Shown here in pieces: positions 1-10,105 of a DNA stretch of 60,860 nt. Position 1 is the stretch's first letter. Every line of letters starts with the position of its first letter. The translations under genes were made by a program, and so were the position numbers. The notes beneath the pieces were generated by a model, which saw nothing but the letters and a program-made list of their open reading frames with translations, ran no database searches and had not been told where the DNA came from. Source of the DNA: Acidimicrobiia bacterium (GTDB taxonomy: Bacteria > Actinomycetota > Acidimicrobiia > Spongiisociales > ZC4RG35); NCBI GenBank assembly GCA_046756405.1, contig JBHHWH010000003.1, positions 1 to 60,860 of the forward strand, written 5' to 3'.

Positions 1-649
1 CAGGCTCAGGTTCGGCGGCCACAGGCTCGGGTTCGGTGGCCACAGGCTCAGGCTCGGGTTCGGGCTCTACTTTCGCCCGGAGCTTCTCCAAGACCTCCTC
101 GGCCTTGCGCCGCTCCTCCACCAACTTGCGTCGCTCCTCCCCCAGGCGACGCCGTTCCGCTTCCAAGCGACGACGCTCCTCCACCAAAGCACGGACTTCG
201 GCGGAATCCACTGGCTCGGGGGCCACCGCGGGCTCCAGCACCCGCTCAGGTGACGGGGCTTCGACCACTGCCGACGCACCAGGCAGCGGTTCCGGCTCGG
301 ACGCTGGCGCCAGGCCGGTGAACTCGCGCACGGTATCGGTCATGGCTCCCCCCAGCTCCCCGATGCGGGAGGGAAGGGTCGCCCGGCGGGACCGGCGTAC
401 GGCGACGGCGCGACGGGCCACGTTTTTGGCCTTCAGGCGAGCCCAGGCCTCGGCCATGTGTTCGACGCCCCGGTAGGCGAAGTCGATGGGATCGTCGGCG
501 AGGAAGGTGACCTCCTCACCGGCGAGGGTGAGCTCGAAGGCGCTGGCTATTAGTCGACGAGCGTGCACGTCATAGAGGGACCATCTTCCGAGGGTCTCGC
601 CTCCCTCCAGGGTGATCTCGACGTGGACATCCTCCACCTTCAAGATCAC
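1..649 (-). CDS. hypothetical protein, C-terminus outside window; globular N-terminal part, Arg/Glu coiled-coil stretch, then Glu-Pro repeats
   Basis: My own minus-strand translation is open from GTG at 649 to the window edge (alternative TTG at 703; in-frame stop at 716-718). It reads VILKVEDVHVEITLEGGETLGRWSLYDV...EERRRLEAERRRLGEERRKLVEERRKAEEVLEKLRAKVEPEPEPEPVATEPEPVAAEPEP. It is missing from the ORF track because it has no stop inside the window. The listed + ORF 36..476 is its Ser/Arg-rich mirror frame. Confidence 0.5.
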   Translation of the reverse strand, partial: MILKVEDVHVEITLEGGETLGRWSLYDVHARRLIASAFELTLAGEEVTFLADDPIDFAYRGVEHMAEAWARLKAKNVARRAVAVRRSRRATLPSRIGELGGAMTDTVREFTGLAPASEPEPLPGASAVVEAPSPERVLEPAVAPEPVDSAEVRALVEERRRLEAERRRLGEERRKLVEERRKAEEVLEKLRAKVEPEPEPEPVATEPEPVAAEPEP

Positions 650-796
650 CGGGACCCCCGGGTGGTCTATGTCAGGAATCCTGATCCGACCGGTGAACCT
701 CAACCTTGTGTCCCCTTACTGTGGAGCGGACTCGCTGCCACCAGTGCATCAAGATCCCAGCCTAGGACGAATTGTCAAGTCTCAATACCGCGAATC

Positions 797-3622
797 TCAC
801 CGGTAGGCCTCCAGGGGAGGGCAAGCACAGACCAGATTCCGGTCACCTCCAGCGTTGTCTATCCGACTCACCGGAGGCCAGTATTTGTCCCGGCGTAGAG
901 AGTCCAGGGGATAGCCGGCTACTTCTCGGCTATAGGCCCGCTCCCAGGCGTCGGCGGACACGTCCTCCACCGTATGGGGGGCTCTTACCAGGGGATTGTC
1001 GTCCCGGGGCCATTCGCCCGACTCCACCCGATCGGCCTCGGCTCTGATGGCGATCATCGCCTCACAGAAGCGGTCCAGTTCCTCCAGGCTCTCCGATTCC
1101 GTGGGCTCCACCATGAGCGTGCCAGCCACAGGAAACGACAGAGTGGGGGCGTGTAAGCCGTAGTCGGCGAGGCGTTTCGCCACGTCTTCAGCGGTGATGC
1201 CGGTCTTCTTCGTCATCGGTCGCAGGTCGAGGATGCATTCGTGGGCTACGCGGCCCCCTTCACCCGTGTAGAGAACGGGAAAGTAGGGGTCGAGGCGGCG
1301 GGCGATGTAGTTGGCAGCGAGGATCGCCACCTTGGACGCCCGACGAAGGCCGTCAGATCCCATCAGCCGGATGTAGGCGTAGGGGACGGGGAGGATGCCA
1401 GCCGACCCGAAGGGCGCCCCGGAGATGGGACCTATACCACTCTTCGGCCCCGCCTCGGTCACCAGCGGATGATTGGGGAGGAAGGGTGCTAAGTGTGCCT
1501 TGGCCCCCACCGGGCCGATACCCGGACCGCCTCCGCCGTGGGGGATGGTGAAGGTCTTGTGGAGGTTCAGGTGCCCGATGTCGGCGCCGAATTCGCCGGG
1601 CCGGGCCAGTCCGACCAGAGCGTTGAGGTTGGCGCCGTCGACATAGACCTGACCACCGTGATCGTGGACGATCTCGCAGAGCCGGCGGATGCCCTCTTCG
1701 AACACGCCGTGAGTGGAGGGATAGGTGACCATGGCGGCGGCCAGGTTGTCCGAATGCTCCCCGGCCTTCCGCTCCAGGTCGTCTAGGTCGATGTTGCCTC
1801 CTTCGTCGGTGTCCACAACGACGACCGTCATCCCGGCCATCACGGCCGAGGCGGCGTTGGTGCCGTGAGCGGAGGCCGGTATCAGGCAGACGTTGCGGCG
1901 AGCCTCTCCCCTGGAGCCGTGGTAGGCAGCAATGGCGACCAGCCCGGCTAGCTCCCCCTGGGAGCCAGCGTTGGGCTGGAGGGTGACTACGTCGTAGCCG
2001 GTGATCTCCGCCAGGTAGGACCCCAGCTCGTCGATGAGTTCCAGGTATCCCGTGGCCTGGTCGAGGGGCGCGTAGGGGTGGATGTCGCCGAACTCGGGCC
2101 AGGTGATGGGGATCATCTCCGTGGTCGCGTTTAGCTTCATCGTGCACGAGCCGAGGGGGATCATGGTCCGGTCCAGGGCGAGGTCCCGATCAGCGAGATG
2201 CCTCAGGTAGCGGAGCATCTCGTGCTCCGAGTGGTATCTGGAGAAGACCGGGTGGGTGAGGAACGCCGAGGAGCGCGCGGCGTGGTCGGGGATGCCCGAA
2301 GCGGATGAGGTGTCGACCGGCGAGGCGCCAAAGGCCTCTAACACTGCGCCCACCAGGGCGTCGTCGGTTTTCTCGTCCAGAGCGATACGGACATGATCGT
2401 CGTCGACGAAACCAAGGTTCACCCCGCCCTCCCGGGCCCGGTCCACCACCTTCGCCGCACCGCCTGGAACCCGGACGGTGATGGTGTCGAACCAGGTGTC
2501 GTTGACCAACTCGTAGCCCGCCTCACGCAGTGACGAGGCGAGCAGCCCAGTGAGCCGGTGGATCTCGGAGGCGATCTCCTTGAGACCCTCGGGTCCGTGC
2601 CAGCAAGCGTACAGCCCTGCCATGACCGCCAGGAGCACCTGGGCGGTACAGACATTGGAGGTAGCCCGCTCCCGTCTGATGTGCTGCTCCCGGGTCTGGA
2701 GGGCGAGACGGAGGGCCATCCGCCCTGCTGAATCCTTGGACACTCCGACCAGCCGGCCCGGGAGAGAGCGGACGAACTTATCCCGGGTGGCGATGAAGCC
2801 GGCGTGGGGACCCCCGAATCCGAGGGGAACACCGAAGCGCTGGGCCGAGCCGATGGCGATGTCGGCTCCCCACTGCCCGGGTGGGGTGACCAGCGTCAAC
2901 GCGAGGAGGTCGGTGGCCGCTACCACCATCGCTCCCGCCTCGTGGAAGGCGGCGACGGTCTGGCGGTGGTCCGCGATGGCCCCTGAGGAGCCCGGGTATT
3001 GGACAAGGACACCAAAGGCCTCGGTGGGGTCGGCGTCGGCATCCAACTCACGGACCTCGACCCCTGTGGCGGCCGCCCGGGTTCGCACCACGGCCTTCGT
3101 AGGCGGATGGCAGTCGGGATCGATGTAGAAGACCGGACGGTCCCCACGGACCAGCCTACGGGCCATGGCCATGCCCTCGGCGGCGGCCGTTGGCTCGTCG
3201 AGGAGGGAAGCGTTGGCAATCTCGAGACCGGTGAGGTCGGAGACCATGGTCTGGAAGTTGAGCAGTGCCTCCAGCCTGCCCTGGGAGATCTCCGGCTGGT
3301 AGGGGGTGTAGGCCGTGTACCAGGCGGGATTCTCCAGCACGTTGCGCAGGAGCACCGGGGGGGTGATGGTGTCGTGGTAGCCGAGTCCGATCAGCGATGC
3401 CAGGACCGTGTTCTTGGCGGCCAGCTCCCGGAGGCGCTCCAGCACCTCGGTCTCGCTCAGGGCCGGTGGTAGAGCGAGGCGAGTGTCGAGGATCGAGGAG
3501 GGCACCGTCTGAGCGACCAGGTCGTCGAGGGAGGTGGCGCCCACGGTGGACAGCATTTTTTCGATGTCGTCGGCCCGGGGCCCTATGTGCCGGTCCACGA
3601 ATCTCTCGTTGGGATTGGGCAT
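797..3622 (-). CDS. gcvP: glycine dehydrogenase (aminomethyl-transferring), single-chain P-protein of the glycine cleavage system
   Basis: The 941-aa length is typical of fused GcvP. It has the PLP-lysine motif [17 protein letters not shown] and is preceded by a glycine riboswitch. Confidence 0.97.
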   Translation of the reverse strand: MPNPNERFVDRHIGPRADDIEKMLSTVGATSLDDLVAQTVPSSILDTRLALPPALSETEVLERLRELAAKNTVLASLIGLGYHDTITPPVLLRNVLENPAWYTAYTPYQPEISQGRLEALLNFQTMVSDLTGLEIANASLLDEPTAAAEGMAMARRLVRGDRPVFYIDPDCHPPTKAVVRTRAAATGVEVRELDADADPTEAFGVLVQYPGSSGAIADHRQTVAAFHEAGAMVVAATDLLALTLVTPPGQWGADIAIGSAQRFGVPLGFGGPHAGFIATRDKFVRSLPGRLVGVSKDSAGRMALRLALQTREQHIRRERATSNVCTAQVLLAVMAGLYACWHGPEGLKEIASEIHRLTGLLASSLREAGYELVNDTWFDTITVRVPGGAAKVVDRAREGGVNLGFVDDDHVRIALDEKTDDALVGAVLEAFGASPVDTSSASGIPDHAARSSAFLTHPVFSRYHSEHEMLRYLRHLADRDLALDRTMIPLGSCTMKLNATTEMIPITWPEFGDIHPYAPLDQATGYLELIDELGSYLAEITGYDVVTLQPNAGSQGELAGLVAIAAYHGSRGEARRNVCLIPASAHGTNAASAVMAGMTVVVVDTDEGGNIDLDDLERKAGEHSDNLAAAMVTYPSTHGVFEEGIRRLCEIVHDHGGQVYVDGANLNALVGLARPGEFGADIGHLNLHKTFTIPHGGGGPGIGPVGAKAHLAPFLPNHPLVTEAGPKSGIGPISGAPFGSAGILPVPYAYIRLMGSDGLRRASKVAILAANYIARRLDPYFPVLYTGEGGRVAHECILDLRPMTKKTGITAEDVAKRLADYGLHAPTLSFPVAGTLMVEPTESESLEELDRFCEAMIAIRAEADRVESGEWPRDDNPLVRAPHTVEDVSADAWERAYSREVAGYPLDSLRRDKYWPPVSRIDNAGGDRNLVCACPPLEAYR

Positions 3623-3625
3623 GGT

Positions 3626-3765
3626 CTCTCCTGGTCCGGCTCGTGCCCTTCCCCGCTGTCGTGACCTCCAGCGTTGCCTCGCCCGGACGGTCCTTCGGCC
3701 TGAGAGTTTCCGGGAAGGTGTTGCCCCTTCGGCGCCCCCAGGGTGGGGGCTCTCCCGTCCGGCGT
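3626..3765 (-). promoter_or_regulatory. glycine riboswitch in the gcvP leader: one canonical aptamer followed by a shortened aptamer-like element that abuts the RBS
   Basis: The minus-strand RNA reads CCGGACGGGAGAGCCCCCACCCUGGGGGCGCCGAAGGGGCAACACCUUCCCGGAAACUCUCAGGCCGAAGGACCGUCCGG. This gives a P1 of CCGGACGG/CCGUCCGG plus the conserved GGAGAG, CGCCGAAGGGGCAA and CUCAGGC..AAGGAC blocks. It is followed by CUGGAGGUCACGACAGCGGGGAAGGGCACGAGCCGGACCAGGAGAGACCAUG. Confidence 0.8.
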
Positions 3766-3796
3766 CAACGGCGGAGCCATCATACGCAGACGGCGT

Positions 3797-4873
3797 TCAG
3801 AGGTTGAAGCGGAACTCCACCACATCGTCGGGTTGCATCACGTAGTCTCGCCCTTCGGTGCGGATGAGACCCTTGGATCGGGCGGCCTGCCACGAGCCCA
3901 CTTCGGCCAGGGTCTGGTAGTCGATCACCTCGGCGGCGACGAATCCCCTTTGGAAGTCGGAATGAACCGCGCCTGCCGCCTCGTAGGCAGTCGCCCCGAC
4001 GGGTATCGTCCAGGCTCTGGTTTCGGTGCCGCGCACTGTGATGAAAGTCTGAAGCTCCAAAGCGGCGAAAGCCGCTCGGATCACGGCGTGGAGTCCCGGT
4101 TCGTCCTGGCCCACTGAGGCCAGCAGCTCGGTTCGGTCTTCGGGGTCCAGATCAGCGAGCTCAGCCTCTAGTTCGGCGTCGATAAACACCGCCGGGGAAG
4201 GGGCCACGGCTGAGGCCAGCTCGCTCTTTCTGTCTGAGTTGGCCAGCAGAGCCTCGTCACCGTTGAAGACGTAGACCACTTCTTTGGTGGTGAGCAGGTT
4301 GAACTCGGAGACCTCGCGGAGGCGGGCTACGAGATCGGGATGCTGGCGTAGGGGGTCCCCGGAGAGCAACCTCTCCGCCTGTTGAAGCAGCTCAACCTGG
4401 GGGCGGAGTCGGGAGTCGGCGGTGGCCGACTTCTCCAGCCTGGGAAGGCGCCGTTCCACCGTTTCCAGGTCGGCAAGAACCAACTCGGTCTCGACGATTT
4501 CGATATCTCCCACCGGGTCCGCCGGGGTAACTCGGACCACACTGGGCGCGTCGAAGGCGCGTACCACGTGGCATAGGGCGTTCACATCCCGAACCTTGGC
4601 GAGGAACCTGTTACCAAGCCCCTCCCCTTGACTTGCTCCCTCCACGAGCCCGGCAATATCGACAAAGGTGACCGTGGCCGGGGTCTTCTTCTTGGCCCCG
4701 ACCAGCTCGGCGAGGTGGTCGAGGCGCGGATCGGGGATGGGGACGACCCCGGTGTTGGCGTCGATGGTGGCAAAGGGATAGTTGGCCACCAGGGCGCCAG
4801 CGCCGGTGAGTGCGTTGAAGAGGGTCGACTTGCCCACGTTGGGAAGGCCGATGATCCCCATAGTGAGTCCCAT
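3797..4873 (-). CDS. ychF: redox-regulated ATPase YchF (Obg-family P-loop NTPase)
   Basis: The N-terminus [23 protein letters not shown] is colinear with E. coli YchF ([23 protein letters not shown], from memory). It is 358 aa, with a C-terminal TGS-like tail [20 protein letters not shown]. Confidence 0.95.
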   Translation of the reverse strand: MGLTMGIIGLPNVGKSTLFNALTGAGALVANYPFATIDANTGVVPIPDPRLDHLAELVGAKKKTPATVTFVDIAGLVEGASQGEGLGNRFLAKVRDVNALCHVVRAFDAPSVVRVTPADPVGDIEIVETELVLADLETVERRLPRLEKSATADSRLRPQVELLQQAERLLSGDPLRQHPDLVARLREVSEFNLLTTKEVVYVFNGDEALLANSDRKSELASAVAPSPAVFIDAELEAELADLDPEDRTELLASVGQDEPGLHAVIRAAFAALELQTFITVRGTETRAWTIPVGATAYEAAGAVHSDFQRGFVAAEVIDYQTLAEVGSWQAARSKGLIRTEGRDYVMQPDDVVEFRFNL

Positions 4874-4902
4874 CGCCGGCCAGGTTAGGGACCACTCCCG
4901 AA

Positions 4903-5925
4903 TTGATCGCTACCGTTCGCTCCATGCAGCGGGTCGCGGTCATTGGAGCGGGTTCATGGGGCACCGCGGTGGCCAACATGGCGGCGGCGTCTGCCTCCAC
5001 GGTTCTTTGGGCGCGGCGGCCTGAGCTGGCCCAGGCGATCCGGGAGACGCACTGCAACCCTGACTACCTTCCCGAGTTCGATCTCGCCGAGAGCCTCGAG
5101 GCCACAGCTGACCTGGAGGAGGCGGTGAGCGGAGCCGAGCTGGTGATAATGGCGGTCCCCTCCCATGGCTTCAGGGCGGTGTTCGCCGACCTTGCTGACT
5201 ACATCTCGGCGGAAAGGCCGATCCTGTCGCTGACCAAGGGCATCGAGCAGGAAACTCTGGCCACCATGACCCAGGTAATAGCCGAGGAGGCCCCCGAACA
5301 CGACCGGTCGGTGATTGGGGTCCTGACCGGTCCCAACCTGGCCCGGGAGGTGGTCGAAGGTCAACCCACGGCGGCGGTGGTGGCGATCAAGGACGACGAA
5401 ACCGCCAGGACGATCCAGTCCCTGTTCATGAGCCCCACCTTCCGGGTCTATACCAACGATGATGTGGTGGGGTGTGAGCTGGGTGGGGCGTTGAAGAACG
5501 TGATGGCCATCGCCGCGGGCATGTCCGACGGACTCGGCTTTGGCAATAACACCAGAGCAGCCTTGATCACCCGCGCTCTGGCAGAGTTGACCCGCCTCGG
5601 CGTGGCCCTCGGAGGAAGATCTATCACCTTCGCCGGGCTGGCCGGTATGGGCGATCTGATCGCAACCTGCATCTCCCCCCTCAGCCGCAACCACCGGGTG
5701 GGTATGGCGCTGGCCGAAGGCAAGACCCTCGACGAGGTGGTGTCGGAGATGAGGATGGTTGCCGAGGGCGTCAAGACCACGCGCAGTGTCCTCGGTCTAG
5801 CGGAAAGAACCGGGGTGGAAATGCCGATTGCCACCCATGTCGGGCGGGTGTTGTACGAGGGCCTCCACCCCAAAAAGGCGGTACTCAGCCTGATGACCCG
5901 GGCCGCCAAGGCCGAGCTGGGCTGA
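4903..5925 (+). CDS. gpsA: NAD(P)H-dependent glycerol-3-phosphate dehydrogenase
   Basis: It has the Rossmann motif VAVIGAGSWGTA and the GALKNVMAIAAG motif. It is 340 aa. The true start may be the internal ATG at 4924 (MQRVAVIGAG). Confidence 0.93.
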   Translation: MIATVRSMQRVAVIGAGSWGTAVANMAAASASTVLWARRPELAQAIRETHCNPDYLPEFDLAESLEATADLEEAVSGAELVIMAVPSHGFRAVFADLADYISAERPILSLTKGIEQETLATMTQVIAEEAPEHDRSVIGVLTGPNLAREVVEGQPTAAVVAIKDDETARTIQSLFMSPTFRVYTNDDVVGCELGGALKNVMAIAAGMSDGLGFGNNTRAALITRALAELTRLGVALGGRSITFAGLAGMGDLIATCISPLSRNHRVGMALAEGKTLDEVVSEMRMVAEGVKTTRSVLGLAERTGVEMPIATHVGRVLYEGLHPKKAVLSLMTRAAKAELG

Positions 5926-5935
5926 CCAGCTTCCG

Positions 5936-6880
5936 ATGACCCTACGGCGCCTGTTACCCACCTCCCATGGGACCAACCGGGAGGCCTTTGCCGGACTCGA
6001 CTGGCTGCTGTTCCTCTCGGTGAGCCTCATCTGGGGATCCTCGTTCCTCTTTATGGAGATCGGCCTTGAAGCCTTCCATCCCGGCCTGGTGACGTGGCTG
6101 CGGGTTGTCTTCGGCGCCTCCGTCATCGGCCTTGTCCCCAGGGCGCGGCGAAGGAGAGCTCCTATCGCCGCCGCCGACCGGCCGCGCATCGTGGTGTTGG
6201 GAGCGGTCTGGATCGCCCTTCCCCTCACCCTCTTCCCCCTGGCCCAACAGTGGATCGACTCGGCGGTGGCAGGAATGCTCAACGGAGCGGTCCCGATCTT
6301 CACCGCTGTGCTCGCCGCCTTTCTGCTGCGGGCTCTGCCCGGGAGGCTCCAGATCATCGGGGTGGTGATCGGCTTCGGCGGGATCGTGGCTGTGGCCCTC
6401 CCCTCGGCGGGCACCGGGTCCACAGCCGCCCTGGGAGTGGTGCTGGTCCTGGTAGCCACGGTCTGTTACGCCGTGGCCCTCAACTTGGTAACTCCTCTCC
6501 AGCAGGCCTACGGCTCCCTCCCCGTCCTGGCCCGCGCCCAGTGGGTGGCGGTGGCCCTCGTCACCCCCTTCGGCCTCTACGGGCTCGTTCGTTCGTCTTT
6601 TGCCTGGCCGTCGTTGCTGGCCACCGTCGCCGTGGGGGTCTTCGGTACGGGCCTGGCGTTCCTTTTCATGAGTTCCCTGGCGGGCCGCGTCGGGGCCACC
6701 CGGGCGGCCTTCATCAACTACGTCGTACCGGTGGTAGCCCTGGTGCTGGGAGTCGTGTTCCTCGCCGAGCTGGTGACTGTCATCCAGCTTGTGGGGGTTG
6801 GGCTGGTCATCGTGGGAGCGGCCCTCGGCTCCCGCAGGGAGGCTCCTACTCTCCTCGCGACGCCCGACGCAGCGCCCTGA
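5936..6880 (+). CDS. EamA/DMT-family transporter
   Basis: It is 314 aa with about 10 hydrophobic segments in two halves, which is the typical EamA duplication. The equally long antisense ORF 5954..6898 is Arg/Gly/Asp-rich shadow sequence. Confidence 0.8.
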   Translation: MTLRRLLPTSHGTNREAFAGLDWLLFLSVSLIWGSSFLFMEIGLEAFHPGLVTWLRVVFGASVIGLVPRARRRRAPIAAADRPRIVVLGAVWIALPLTLFPLAQQWIDSAVAGMLNGAVPIFTAVLAAFLLRALPGRLQIIGVVIGFGGIVAVALPSAGTGSTAALGVVLVLVATVCYAVALNLVTPLQQAYGSLPVLARAQWVAVALVTPFGLYGLVRSSFAWPSLLATVAVGVFGTGLAFLFMSSLAGRVGATRAAFINYVVPVVALVLGVVFLAELVTVIQLVGVGLVIVGAALGSRREAPTLLATPDAAP

Positions 6881-7754
6881 CCGCCAGGTCACGGTCACCG
6901 AGACGACGTCGCAGCTCCCTTTCCAGGCCGCCTATGGGGTAGAGGTTTTGCGGAGCCCGTGGGTCCTTGTGCGGCTCGGAGGCGAAGGCGGGGAGGGTGG
7001 CGCTCACCCGATGGGCGATACGGACCGCCTCGGCCACCGGCCGGTCGGCCCCGACCTCACAGCGAACCAGACCGCCGGCGGGGCCGACTCCGGGGGCGAG
7101 ACGCAGATACCAGGAGAAGCGACTCCACGAGGTGGTGGTAAGAAAGAGAGGGGTGCGATGCCCTGTGGGGAGGGCCATCAGCACAGGGCGTAGCTCCCGG
7201 GGAAGATACTGGACCTTTTGAGTCTTGATGTAGCCCACGGCGTTCTCCACCTCCCGGGCATGGGAGAGGGGGCCGTCCACCACCACCATCTCAGCTCCTC
7301 CCACCTCCCGGGCGACCTGGCCCTCCAGCTCCCCCATACGTTGCTGGATCCCCAGCCACAGCTCCTCTGGGGTAGTCCCCTTGGTGGCCCTGACCCCGTA
7401 GACCCCAACCCGGGTGGTCAGGTCTTCGGCGGGAGCGGCAGTGAACAGACCCCGTTCCACCCTGGCGGTCTCGAAGACCGCCTCGCCGTCGCAACGGACC
7501 ACTCCGGCGCCGTAGGTAGCGGCCAGGGCGAAGCCGGGATAGTCGTCGGGTTGTTCGATCCAGAGGGTGGCATCAACGCGCCGGACCCCGTCCACGAACA
7601 GGACGTCCTTCGCCGGCTCGAAGTCGGGAACAAGGGCTCGCCAGTCGTCGGGCTTCAACTCCACCGAGGTGTCAACGTCCTCGGAGGAGTCCAGAAGCTC
7701 CGGTGAAGTCGGCGTGCCGTAGTCGGAGTCCCAGGCTTCGACGGTGAACTTCAC
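6846..7754 (-). CDS. NurA-like nuclease (last gene of the herA-mre11-rad50-nurA operon)
   Basis: It is 302 aa. Acidic motifs VLFVDGVRR and EMVVVDGPLSH, GYIKTQ, and the C-terminal NLYPIGGLERELR match the NurA pattern (xDGS ... E ... xxDGxL ... GxxK ... YP) as I recall it. Its GTG start overlaps the rad50 stop (GTGA at 7751-7754). Confidence 0.6.
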   Translation of the reverse strand: MKFTVEAWDSDYGTPTSPELLDSSEDVDTSVELKPDDWRALVPDFEPAKDVLFVDGVRRVDATLWIEQPDDYPGFALAATYGAGVVRCDGEAVFETARVERGLFTAAPAEDLTTRVGVYGVRATKGTTPEELWLGIQQRMGELEGQVAREVGGAEMVVVDGPLSHAREVENAVGYIKTQKVQYLPRELRPVLMALPTGHRTPLFLTTTSWSRFSWYLRLAPGVGPAGGLVRCEVGADRPVAEAVRIAHRVSATLPAFASEPHKDPRAPQNLYPIGGLERELRRRLGDRDLAVRALRRASRGE

Positions 7755-10105
7755 GACACCCTCCTCACTTCCGCCCCGCTGGGACCGGCGGTGACCTCGA
7801 AGCGGTCCGGTGCCCTAGAAGCCAGCTCCTTGACGTGGGTGATGACCCCCACCATCAGGCCCTTGGCAGTAAGGGCCTCCAGCACCGAGGCCACGATGTC
7901 CAGCGACTCTTCGTCCAGGGTCCCGAAACCCTCATCGAGGATGATCGCCTCCAGGGCCGCTCCCCCGGCCGCGGACACCTTCTCGGCGAGGGACAGGGCC
8001 AGGGCCAAGGAGACCAGAAAGGTCTCGCCGCCGGAGAGGGTGGCGACCGGTCGCAGCTCATCGGCGTTGAGGTGGTCGACTACCGAGAAGCCACCGGTCT
8101 CGTCGGAGTGGAGGGAGTAGCTGCCGGAGGAGAGCTGGGCGAGGAGCTGGTTGGCCTCGGTGACCAATTCGGCCACCGCTCCTGCCATCAACCAGCGCTC
8201 GAAACGATCGGAGCGGAGATGCTTGGCAAGCTCCCTGGCCACCCGCGCCTCCTCGGCTGCTCGCTTGACGTCGGTTGTGAGCCTTGCTTCGAGTTCCAGG
8301 GCTTCGGTCTGTCGGGCCACGAGAGTCCTGGTTCGCTCCAGCTCGGTGGCCACTGTCGCGGCGTAGGGCTCAGTGGCCTCCACTTCGACCTTGGCGAGGC
8401 GGGCCTCTAGGACTCGCCGGGCGGCGTTCACGGCCTCGGCGGCCTTCTCCACCCCGACGACGGCCGCCTCCTTCTCTTGGGCTACCTCCTCCATCCTGTG
8501 ATCTCTCCAGGCGAGGAACTCCTTCCATCCCACGACGGGGTCGTCGCCTTCGGGGAGAGGAGGCGATAGGTCGCTGACCGTGTCCCGGGCCTCGATCAGC
8601 TTCCGGGTGACGGAGGCCGCCGCTTCGGCCAGGTCTTCCAGAGCGGAACGGGCGCCCCTTGCGTATCTCTCGGCCGCATCGAGCCTCTCGGCTGCGTTCT
8701 TCCGGGCATCTTCAGCCGCGGCTATGCGGGCTTCGAGCTCGTCCAGCTCGCTAAGGCTGGGCCGGTCGGCGAGGCGTTCCAACAGCTCCTGATGGCGTGC
8801 CTTCAACGCCTTCTCCTGCTCTTCGAGGCGTACCAGTCCCTCCCGGGCCTTCTGAGCCGCCCGCGAGCTATCCGTGACTCTTCGTTCCGCCTCCTCGACT
8901 TCTAGCCGAAGCTCCTCAAGTCGGGCGGGCTGGCCGCCGGAGGGCACTTCGGTCACTTCCCGGTCACAGACCGGACAGGGCTCTCCCTGGACCAGCGTGG
9001 CGCGCAGGGCGTGGGCAGCGTGGGTCCTCTCGGCCTCGCGCACTGCCGCCCTGGCCCGTCTCTGTTCCTCCTCCGCTGCCTGGAGGTCCCGGTTGGCTTC
9101 TCTGACCGCCCCACGGGCCTCCTCGATCTTCAGCTCCGCTAGCTGGCGTCCGACTTCGGCCAGGTCTAGGTGCAGGCGCCGGTCGGTGGCGACGGTCTCG
9201 GCCGGAGGAAGCTTTGCTCGGGTTTCCTCGACCGCGGTGAGGGCTCGCCGTGCCTGGTCCAGTTCCTTCTCCCCCTGTTCCAGTTTCTCTTCGGCGGCAC
9301 GAAGCTTGTGGTCGAGTTGGTCCAAGTCGGGAGGAACGGCCAGGGCTTCGAGCCTGCGCAGGGCATCGGTGAGTTCGACGACGCCCTTTTCCGCTGCTTC
9401 CAAGGCTGACTTCCTCTTCTGAAGGTCCGCTTCGGCCTCTGGGACGTCGCGGTGTAGCTCTTCCAGAAGCACCAGCCTGGATTTGGCGGCCTCGATGGCT
9501 TCGGGAGTGGGGATCTCCAGTTCCTCCAAGCGGCGCTCAGCCTCCTCGGCTCTACTCACGGCCACTGCCTCCCGGGCCCTGGCCAGCTCCCGCACCCGGG
9601 AATAGTCGATGCGCAACAGCTTCTTCAGTAGCGCCTGGCGCTCGGCCGGCTGGGAAGTCAAGAACCGGGCGAACTCCCCCTGGGGCAGGACGACGGTACG
9701 GGTGAAGTCGTCGAAGGCCAGGCCGAGGAGTTCCTCCACTGCATCGGTCACCTCCCTGGCTCCGGAGACCAGGACCTCTTCTCCCCTCACCAGTCGGGCC
9801 TCAGGAGTTGTGGCGCCGTTCTTGGTGCGCTGAGCCATGCGAACTGCCACGTAGATCTCATCCAGGATCTCGAAGGTGAAGGCCACCCGGGCAACGTCGG
9901 CCCCGGCGCTGATGACCGGGGCCACGGCGCGGGCGTCGAGACGGGGGATGCGCCCGTACAGGGCGAAGATCATGGCGTCGATGAGGCTCGACTTGCCCGA
10001 TCCCGTGGGTCCGCTGAGAGAGAAGAAGTCGACGCCATCCAGATCCAGGTGCTGACGGGACCGGTAGGCGGAAAAGCCCTCCAGCTCGACGCTCACGGGT
10101 CTCAT
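7751..10105 (-). CDS. sbcC: Rad50/SbcC-family SMC-like ATPase with central zinc hook
   Basis: It has Walker A SGPTGSGKSSLIDA, a long Glu/Ala/Arg coiled coil and CPVC at aa 377-380 of 784 (nt 8966-8977). The ABC signature is LSGGETFLVSLALALS and Walker B/D-loop is AIILDEGFGTLD. There is an ATGA overlap with the upstream mre11/sbcD. Confidence 0.85.
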   Translation of the reverse strand: MRPVSVELEGFSAYRSRQHLDLDGVDFFSLSGPTGSGKSSLIDAMIFALYGRIPRLDARAVAPVISAGADVARVAFTFEILDEIYVAVRMAQRTKNGATTPEARLVRGEEVLVSGAREVTDAVEELLGLAFDDFTRTVVLPQGEFARFLTSQPAERQALLKKLLRIDYSRVRELARAREAVAVSRAEEAERRLEELEIPTPEAIEAAKSRLVLLEELHRDVPEAEADLQKRKSALEAAEKGVVELTDALRRLEALAVPPDLDQLDHKLRAAEEKLEQGEKELDQARRALTAVEETRAKLPPAETVATDRRLHLDLAEVGRQLAELKIEEARGAVREANRDLQAAEEEQRRARAAVREAERTHAAHALRATLVQGEPCPVCDREVTEVPSGGQPARLEELRLEVEEAERRVTDSSRAAQKAREGLVRLEEQEKALKARHQELLERLADRPSLSELDELEARIAAAEDARKNAAERLDAAERYARGARSALEDLAEAAASVTRKLIEARDTVSDLSPPLPEGDDPVVGWKEFLAWRDHRMEEVAQEKEAAVVGVEKAAEAVNAARRVLEARLAKVEVEATEPYAATVATELERTRTLVARQTEALELEARLTTDVKRAAEEARVARELAKHLRSDRFERWLMAGAVAELVTEANQLLAQLSSGSYSLHSDETGGFSVVDHLNADELRPVATLSGGETFLVSLALALSLAEKVSAAGGAALEAIILDEGFGTLDEESLDIVASVLEALTAKGLMVGVITHVKELASRAPDRFEVTAGPSGAEVRRVS

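Noticed and set aside
36-476. The + strand ORF of 146 aa (Ser/Arg/Thr-rich).
   Set aside because: It is the mirror frame of the better-looking minus-strand coiled-coil/EP-repeat gene that runs off the window edge. Its composition is not protein-like.
751-779. Perfect TTGACA (minus strand, 779..774) in the gap between gcvP and the left-edge gene, considered as a promoter.
   Set aside because: The best -10 candidate at 16-nt spacing is GATCTT (3/6 match), and the position is compatible with chance. That is too weak to list as a feature.
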